Shown here: positions 57,799 through 64,000 of the stretch, in pieces | Layout: every line of letters begins with the position of its first letter | Numbering within the stretch: the stretch's first letter is position 1 | NCBI GenBank assembly: GCA_964562905.1 | Contig: CAZLVG010000001.1 | Span: 2,297 to 66,296 of the forward strand | Length of the DNA stretch: 64,000 nucleotides | Direction of reading: 5' to 3' | Source of the DNA: an uncultured Candidatus Saccharibacteria bacterium | GTDB lineage: Bacteria; Patescibacteriota; Andersenbacteria; UBA10190 | Made by a program: the position numbers and the translations under genes | The notes under the pieces: generated by a model | Told to the model about the DNA's origin: nothing | What the model saw: only the letters and a program-made list of their open reading frames with translations | Databases searched by the model: none

Positions 57799-59309
57799 TG
57801 CTGCAAGGTCATTTCAATCCTGGCTCGGGTGCTTCCTTCCGACACCGTGACTGTCTGCTGGCCTTCTTCAAACCCGGGCGCGCTCACCGTCAGCTCGTAA
57901 TCTCCCCCCGACGGCAAATCGCTGAACAGCACCTGTCCCACCGCGCCCGTGCCCAGTTCCTCGTCAATGCCCTGGCCTACCAGCCGGACGGTGGCGTTGT
58001 CCACCGGCTGCCCCTCGGGATCAACCACCGTCACGTGCAGCGAATAAGGGGTGTAGGGCACCAACGTTACCGTCATGTCCAGGTTGTCACCAGGATTGAC
58101 GTTCAAAGGCAGCACGAAGCTGGTCTCTTTTATATCGTAACCCGTCGCCGCCCCTGGGATGGTAAAGTCATACTGATCCCACACTAAGTCATCATAACCG
58201 GCCTGTCCCGCGTCGTCCGTGCTGCCGTCATGGTCCAGTACGTACACGTTATCTCCCTCGCCGTCCACCCCTATGGTTTTAGTGCCCCGCAAATTGTAGT
58301 CCAGGCTGACCGGCGTTCCGTCTTCTTCCCGCGTTGTTATAGAAAGGCCGGCCAGGCTATCTATGGCAAAGGTTTTACTGGTTACCTCGCCAATTATGAT
58401 GGACAGGTGGGCGTGGTCCGCGTCGGGCACGAAATCGACCGTGGTATCGTAAGTCTGCTCGGACGTGTAGCCGGGCGTGCTTACCGCCAGCTCATAACTG
58501 TCAGAACTTTCCGGCAGTCCCGGCAGCACCAGCCTGCCCTCGCTGTTGGTCTGGGTGTTTATATCAATGGGCGGGTCCACCGTCTCGTTCACTAGCCGCA
58601 CATCGGCTCCTTCTACCCCCTCGGCGGCGGCGTTCAAAGCCTGGAAATCCAAGGTGCCGCCCTCTTCTCCTCCCTCCATGCCCGGCGGCGCCACGTAGGT
58701 TACCAGCAAGACCGATCCTGTCTTGTTAGGCTGCTGCCAGGTAACTTCCACCCGGACCTGTTTGTAATCGGCGTTATACTCGTCTCCGGGCGGCGTGCCT
58801 TCACCGCCCTCACCGCACGCTCCCGTCACGTCACCGTGCGCCAGGTGAGCGTCCAGCGCCGAATCGGGCACCTGCAGCGTTCTCTCCGATGACGTGCCCG
58901 GCTTGTGGCAAATAGTTACCGTCTCTTCTCCCTCGCTGCTGCCGGCCGCTTGTCCGTCAAAGTAGTCGTCCACGTACCTGATGTCGGTATACACCGTGTA
59001 AGTTACGCCGCCGCGCTCCACCTGCTCTTCTTGTGGTATGCTGCCGCTGGGCACCCCGCCTTCCGTTCCCACCTCCGCGTAGGGAAGATTGCGCACCATC
59101 TCCATTCTCTCATTAGCCAGCGCCACCGCCATTATCCGTCGCTCTCCTTCCTGTACCGTGCGCAGATTAAGCACGAACAGTCCAAATATGCCCGTCAGGG
59201 TGGTACCAATAATAAAAGCGGCGATGAGCAATTCAATCAGCGTGAATCCCCTATCATTTGGCAGCTTGATAAAATAGCTTATTAACTTTGATAGCGGTTT
59301 AAATGACAT
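57795..59309 (-). CDS. PilV-like minor pilin (V1) with His/Cys insert and carboxypeptidase-regulatory-like repeats
   Basis: RG/FTLIELL; ANERME.VRNLPY.EVGT.GG.P.G; YKQVRVEVTW; YELTVSAPGF repeats. Confidence 0.88.
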   Translation of the reverse strand: MSFKPLSKLISYFIKLPNDRGFTLIELLIAAFIIGTTLTGIFGLFVLNLRTVQEGERRIMAVALANERMEMVRNLPYAEVGTEGGVPSGSIPQEEQVERGGVTYTVYTDIRYVDDYFDGQAAGSSEGEETVTICHKPGTSSERTLQVPDSALDAHLAHGDVTGACGEGGEGTPPGDEYNADYKQVRVEVTWQQPNKTGSVLLVTYVAPPGMEGGEEGGTLDFQALNAAAEGVEGADVRLVNETVDPPIDINTQTNSEGRLVLPGLPESSDSYELAVSTPGYTSEQTYDTTVDFVPDADHAHLSIIIGEVTSKTFAIDSLAGLSITTREEDGTPVSLDYNLRGTKTIGVDGEGDNVYVLDHDGSTDDAGQAGYDDLVWDQYDFTIPGAATGYDIKETSFVLPLNVNPGDNLDMTVTLVPYTPYSLHVTVVDPEGQPVDNATVRLVGQGIDEELGTGAVGQVLFSDLPSGGDYELTVSAPGFEEGQQTVTVSEGSTRARIEMTLQQ

Positions 59310-60516
59310 TGACCAGGTTGTAGATGGGTGAAATAACGGATACCGCCAGCGCTCCCACCGCCAGACCTATGAGCACCATCAGAATGGGCTCCATAATGGA
59401 AGTCAGGTTCTTCATGGTCTGGTCAACTTCACCTTCATAAAACTGCGCCGTCTCTTTCAATACTTGGTCCAACGCGCCCGTCTCTTCTCCTACCCTTATT
59501 ATATTAACGACAATCGGAGGAAACAGACGGCCGAAACCTTCCAGAAATTCACTTAATTCCTTGCCTCCCTTTACGTGCTCGCGCGCCTGCGCCAGCACGC
59601 GCGCGTAGCTAGGGTGGGGAGTGTTGGATCCCAGAATATCCAGAGCCTTAATGTAAGACACGCCGCTGGACAGCAGCGCGCCCAAGTTACGAGAAAAACG
59701 GGCTAAGTTTATCTCTTGCATGATAGGGCCAATCACCGGCGTATAGAGCAGCCCGTGCATGACAGCGGCCTTAACAGACTGCAGACGCAAAAGACCCCAG
59801 GCCGCGGCCACCAGAACAAACGCGCCTACGAAGAAAAGCAGCCAGTGAGCTTGAAAAGCGTCGCTGATGGCTATCAATATCCTGGTGGGCAGCGGCAGCT
59901 CCACGTCAAAACCTTCAAAGACCTCCACCAGCTTGGGCACCACGAAGAACATCATGGCCACCCCTACGGCAATAAGGGACAAAATAATCACTATGGGATA
60001 CATAAGGCCTCCCTTGACCGCCCGGCCCAGCTCATATTCTTTATGCAGCTGCTCCGCCAATACTTCTAAAGATTCTTGCAGCCGGCCGGTCGTCTCCCCT
60101 ACTCGCACAAAACTGACAAACAGCGGCGGAAACACATTAGGGAAAACCGACATCCCCTCGGCCAGCGTTTTGCCGCGGTCTATGTCACTGTGTAATGACT
60201 TCAAAGCCGTTCTCATGGCCCTACTACGGGTTTGCTCCTGTAAGGTCACCAGCGATCTTTTGACATCCAAGCCAGAACGCAACATGAGCGCGAAGTAGCG
60301 GGCGAACAGCGCGCGCTCCAGGGAGGATGCCCGGTTAAATAAGCCGGAAAAAACAGCCGCTCCCGGCAGCCGCTGTGCCTTTCTGCTGTAACTTGTCAGC
60401 AGTATACCCTCGCCTAACAGGTTCTGTCCCAAAACGGAGTGGTCGGGCGCCTCGCGCATCCCCCGCACTATCTCACCCGTCTTCTCCCGCCGTCCTTCAA
60501 AGGAATATATAGGCAT
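59299..60516 (-). CDS. pilC: Type IV pilus platform protein PilC (T2SS F family)
   Basis: VGETTGRL, MYP, VGEETGALD, EP.LMVL.G..VG...P.YNL. Confidence 0.95.
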   Translation of the reverse strand: MPIYSFEGRREKTGEIVRGMREAPDHSVLGQNLLGEGILLTSYSRKAQRLPGAAVFSGLFNRASSLERALFARYFALMLRSGLDVKRSLVTLQEQTRSRAMRTALKSLHSDIDRGKTLAEGMSVFPNVFPPLFVSFVRVGETTGRLQESLEVLAEQLHKEYELGRAVKGGLMYPIVIILSLIAVGVAMMFFVVPKLVEVFEGFDVELPLPTRILIAISDAFQAHWLLFFVGAFVLVAAAWGLLRLQSVKAAVMHGLLYTPVIGPIMQEINLARFSRNLGALLSSGVSYIKALDILGSNTPHPSYARVLAQAREHVKGGKELSEFLEGFGRLFPPIVVNIIRVGEETGALDQVLKETAQFYEGEVDQTMKNLTSIMEPILMVLIGLAVGALAVSVISPIYNLVNVI

Positions 60517-60539
60517 CCCGGCAACAATTAATGCTAATA

Positions 60540-60659
60540 TACAGAGGTAACATTATGCCATGCCACTATACTTGTGACGGGCTCTGGCGCGGCCCATGCA
60601 CCCCCGCGCCGCGCCACCCGTTTATTTAAAGAGTGGCATGGCATAATGTGATATCTATA
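60540..60659. mobile_element. MITE-like repeat copy 4 (intact, 120 bp, opposite orientation to copy 3)
   Basis: TACAGAGGTAACATTATGCCATGCCACT ... AGTGGCATGGCATAATGTGATATCTATA; reverse complement aligns end to end with copy 3. Confidence 0.85.
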
Positions 60660-60723
60660 ACTCACAGGTTTAAGTATAAATAATTATCCCTCCACCGACC
60701 AACCTCACCTCGCCCACACTAGC

Positions 60724-60758
60724 TACGAATTACGAGTTACGAATTACTGATTACAAAA
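60724..60758. repeat. Heptamer array
   Basis: TACGAAT TACGAGT TACGAAT TACTGAT TACAAAA. Confidence 0.85.
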
Positions 60759-60760
60759 CC

Positions 60761-62506
60761 TCATTCCCTGGCTACGCGCAACACTTCTTCTAAGCTGGTT
60801 ACTCCGCTGGCCACTTTCATAAAACCGTCCTCCACCATGCTTACCATGTTCTGTCCTTTGCGCGCCGCCTCTTCCAGCTGTCCAGAAGTAGTCTGCGGCT
60901 TTATTATCTGCTGCATTTCGGACGTTATTTCCATAACCTCGTAAATACCGATTCGCCCCTTGTAGCCGTCGTGACACCGCTGGCAGCCGCCCGCTTCGCC
61001 CGTCTTATAAAGCGGCATCTCCGTCCAGTCGGCATTGCTTTCAACTACTCCTTCCTTTCGTAAAACATTCAATACGCTGTCCATGTCAAACTCGTCCTGC
61101 AAATCTTTAACCAAAGCCGGCGTGAACTTCGACCGCCGCCGGCACTTGTCGCACAACCGTCTCACCAGGCGCTGGGCCAGAACTAGGTTTAAGGTGGAAG
61201 CCAGCAGAAAAGCTTCCACTTTCATGTCCCGCAACCGCGGCAAAGCGCCGGCCGCGCTGTTAGTGTGCAGCGTAGACAGCACTAGGTGCCCCGTCAGCGC
61301 CGCGTTAACGGCCAGCGAAGCCGTCTCCTCGTCCCGGATCTCACCTACCATAATAATGTCCGGGTCCTGCCGTACCAGCGACCGCAGGCCGTTGGCAAAC
61401 GTAAGCCCGATGCGGGAACGCACCTGGGTCTGATTAATGCGGGGCATACGGTATTCTATCGGGTCTTCAATAGTGCTGATGTTCACTTCCGAAGTGTTTA
61501 CCTCCTTCATAACCGCGTACAGCGTGGTGGTTTTGCCGGAACCGGTAGGACCTGTGACCAGTATCATACCGTGCGGGTGGTGAATGGCCTGGCGCAGTAC
61601 CTTTAACTGTTTTTTGTTTATTCCCAGGTCATCCAATCCCAGCCCCTGCCCTGATTCGTCCAACAGGCGCATTACTATTTTTTCACCGTCATAGACCGGC
61701 AGGGTGGACACGCGGAAGGCCACTTTGTAATTGTCGGACTCTATTTTAAAACGGCCGTCCTGCGGCAAACGGTGTTCATCAATTTTCAAATTAGCCAGCA
61801 CCTTCACCCTGGCCACCAGGCCGGGCAACACCGTCTTAGGCAGTATCAGCATATCCCGCAGAATCCCGTCTATACGGTAGCGAACGATAACTTTCTTCTC
61901 GGCGGGCTCTATGTGAATATCCGAGGCGCCTTCCAGAATGGCGTGCTTCAAAATTGCCTGGGCGATACGTATAACCGGCAGGTCGTCAGCCGATTCAACT
62001 TGCTCCCCCTGCTCCACTACATTTTTAAGTTCTTCGCCGACTACGTCTGAAAGCTCCGCCTTCAAGCTCTCTTGGTATTGGTTCAGCACGTTCTGTATGG
62101 AGGCAACGCTGGCCTGAGCCACCTCCACGGGCATGTCCACCTTTTTGCGCAAGAACTCCACCATTTGCCGATCGCTGGGGCTGGCCATGGCCACCCGCAG
62201 CCCTTTATCCGTCTGCTCGTAAGCTATGATCATGTGGCCGCGCGCCGTGGATTCAGGAAGAACGTTAAGCACTTCCCGCGGAACTCTCTTATCTCTCAAA
62301 TCAACGTAAGGCACCTGCGCCGCCTCCGCCTGAACTTTGGCCAAGTCTTCGCCGTCCACCAGGCCGCTGTCCACTAAAGCAGCCTGCCAGCCGGCACCGG
62401 CCTCCAGCTGCCGCTTTATCTCCTCCAGCTCTACCTCTTTCTTGAACAAATCTCTGCTAGCCAGCGTTTGCAGGATATTACCAATGGCGACAGTATCCTC
62501 TACCAT
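60761..62506 (-). CDS. pilB: Type IV pilus extension ATPase PilB (GspE family)
   Basis: ASDIHIEP, RLPQDGR, GPTGSGKTTTLY, EDPIEY, RQDPD, TGHLVLSTLHTN, CxxC...CxxC, GYKGRIGIYE. Confidence 0.96.
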   Translation of the reverse strand: MVEDTVAIGNILQTLASRDLFKKEVELEEIKRQLEAGAGWQAALVDSGLVDGEDLAKVQAEAAQVPYVDLRDKRVPREVLNVLPESTARGHMIIAYEQTDKGLRVAMASPSDRQMVEFLRKKVDMPVEVAQASVASIQNVLNQYQESLKAELSDVVGEELKNVVEQGEQVESADDLPVIRIAQAILKHAILEGASDIHIEPAEKKVIVRYRIDGILRDMLILPKTVLPGLVARVKVLANLKIDEHRLPQDGRFKIESDNYKVAFRVSTLPVYDGEKIVMRLLDESGQGLGLDDLGINKKQLKVLRQAIHHPHGMILVTGPTGSGKTTTLYAVMKEVNTSEVNISTIEDPIEYRMPRINQTQVRSRIGLTFANGLRSLVRQDPDIIMVGEIRDEETASLAVNAALTGHLVLSTLHTNSAAGALPRLRDMKVEAFLLASTLNLVLAQRLVRRLCDKCRRRSKFTPALVKDLQDEFDMDSVLNVLRKEGVVESNADWTEMPLYKTGEAGGCQRCHDGYKGRIGIYEVMEITSEMQQIIKPQTTSGQLEEAARKGQNMVSMVEDGFMKVASGVTSLEEVLRVARE

Positions 62507-62529
62507 CCGTATAGTGTACCATAAAACCC

Positions 62530-63276
62530 ATGGACGACCGCGCTCTGGAAGTGAAAGACCTCACCGTAAAGTTGGGGGGGCACACCGTACTTGATAACAT
62601 TAACTTCGCTGTGGAGGCGGGTTCCGTTACCGCCATCATTGGTCCTAACGGCGCCGGCAAGTCCGTATTGTTGAAAGCCGTGCTGCGCCTTACTCCCAAG
62701 GCCAGCGGCCGCGCGCGCATATTCGGAATTGACCATGAAAAATACCGGCAGGTCTCCCCCTTAGTTTCGTACATCCCGCAATCCCCCGCCTTTGATCCTG
62801 CCTTTCCCTTGACTGTGCAAGGACTTTTCTCTTTAAAATCCCTCCGCCCCTTAGGCATGAGTCGCGGCGAAAAGTTGCGCGCGGATGAGCTGCTGGATAT
62901 GGTGGGAGCCAAACACCTGTCGTCAAAACGGTTGAGCGCCCTGTCAGGGGGCCAGCTCCAACGCGTGCTGCTGGCTTACAGTCTTATGGACGAACCGAAG
63001 CTCCTGCTGCTGGACGAACCAGCAGCCGGTATAGACGTCAGCGGACAGGAAACTATCTATCCCCTGCTGGCCCGTATTCAGAAAAAAGAAAACCTTACTT
63101 TAATCATAGTCAGCCACGAATTGCAGATCGTTATGGAATACGCCAGCCAAGTGCTTTGCCTTAACAGGAAAATTCTTTGTGCCGGTCTGCCCCACAAAGT
63201 GCTGTCCAACGAAATACTGAAAAAAATGTACGGCACGGAAGTGCGGCACTTCACTCATAACCAGCACCATCTGTGA
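62530..63276 (+). CDS. Metal (Zn/Mn) ABC transporter ATPase, ZnuC-like
   Basis: GPNGAGKS, LSGGQLQR, LLDEP, VSHEL, His-rich C-terminus. Confidence 0.92.
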   Translation: MDDRALEVKDLTVKLGGHTVLDNINFAVEAGSVTAIIGPNGAGKSVLLKAVLRLTPKASGRARIFGIDHEKYRQVSPLVSYIPQSPAFDPAFPLTVQGLFSLKSLRPLGMSRGEKLRADELLDMVGAKHLSSKRLSALSGGQLQRVLLAYSLMDEPKLLLLDEPAAGIDVSGQETIYPLLARIQKKENLTLIIVSHELQIVMEYASQVLCLNRKILCAGLPHKVLSNEILKKMYGTEVRHFTHNQHHL

Positions 63277-64000
63277 CCGCTGACTTTATCGTCATATTGT
63301 CACTGCCCTTCTTCCAGCGCGCCCTGGCAGTGGGGCTGATCCTGGGCGCCTTGATGGCACTGCTGGGAGTGATAGTGGTACTGCGGCGCCTGTCATTTTT
63401 TTCCGACGCCATCGGCCACTCCGCGCTGACCGGCATCGCGCTCGGCCTGCTGCTGCAGATCGACCCGTTTGTCAGCGCTTTTGTGTACACGCTGTTGGTG
63501 GCAGCGGCCATCTCGGGTGTGCGCCTGAAATCCCGCCTGCCGCTTGATTCCCTGCTGGGCGTCTTTTTTGCCGCCTCCGTGGCTCTGGGTGTGATTATCA
63601 TTCAACTTATACCCGGCTACCAGGCTAATCTTATAGCTTTCCTGTTTGGTGACATTCTGACCGTCAGCCGTTTTGACGTCATCCTCTCCCTGGCAGTGGC
63701 CGGCGCGGGGGCGCTGGTTATGCTGCTGGCCGGAAAAACGTTCGTGGCTATAGCTTTTGACGCCTCGCTGGCCCAAGCCGAAGGCGTGCCGGTAAGCGTC
63801 TATGAGCTGGTGCTCATGTTGCTGTTGGCGGCCGTAGTGGCTTTAGCCATAAAGTTCATCGGGGTTATTCTGGTCACGGCTATGCTTATCATTCCCGCCG
63901 CCAGCGCGCACAACATATGCCGCACCTTGTCCTCCATGTTCGTTGTCAGTGTGCTCATCGGCCTCGTCTCCGTAGCGGCGGGCATGACGGCCAGTGCCGC
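63273..64000 (+). CDS. Metal ABC transporter permease, ZnuB-like (3' truncated by window; not in ORF track)
   Basis: GTG 63273 overlaps the upstream TGA; FFQRAL...LGVIVVLRRLSFFSDAIGHSALTGIA...FLFGDIL. Confidence 0.92.
   Translation, partial: MTADFIVILSLPFFQRALAVGLILGALMALLGVIVVLRRLSFFSDAIGHSALTGIALGLLLQIDPFVSAFVYTLLVAAAISGVRLKSRLPLDSLLGVFFAASVALGVIIIQLIPGYQANLIAFLFGDILTVSRFDVILSLAVAGAGALVMLLAGKTFVAIAFDASLAQAEGVPVSVYELVLMLLLAAVVALAIKFIGVILVTAMLIIPAASAHNICRTLSSMFVVSVLIGLVSVAAGMTASA

Noticed and set aside
1-64000. Alternative genetic code, diversity-generating retroelement, prophage or autonomous IS
   Set aside because: Conserved genes are full length in code 11 with TGA used as stop; no reverse transcriptase, integrase, transposase or phage structural genes recognised

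Overview
Bacterial chromosomal window in the standard genetic code, most genes on the minus strand. Gene content and style point to a Patescibacteria/CPR genome (inference): alpha2-type GlyRS, IleRS2, long tmRNA tag, large type IV pilus locus, many GT-C glycosyltransferases and apparently leaderless genes. Housekeeping genes: topA 3' part, parA/parB, tRNA-Leu(CAA), leuS, rarA, tatD, glyQS, recO, ileS, argS, smpB-ssrA, infC-rpmI-rplT, znuC/znuB-like. Surface functions: ugd, a UDP-glucuronate decarboxylase interrupted by a 465-aa LAGLIDADG intein, four GT-C enzymes, GT2+LAB_N, large Cys-rich and FG-GAP proteins, and a ~17 kb pilus locus with two sets of minor pilins, two tandem pilMNO(P) sets and an embedded PMT-like glycosyltransferase. 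Non-coding structure not explained by the ORF track: (i) four copies of a ~120-bp element with 28-bp terminal inverted repeats and TA ends (Correia-like MITE), one with a compensatory stem change and one with a flipped core; (ii) a ~250-nt rod-like hairpin with a CCCTTGAT/CCCTTGAT bubble between parA and tRNA-Leu; (iii) three heptamer arrays; (iv) a consensus promoter driving a repeat-containing, terminator-ended leader; (v) two related promoter-adjacent hairpins. No CRISPR array, rRNA, prophage, transposase or reverse transcriptase was seen. All family calls come from motif recognition by eye, with no database search.
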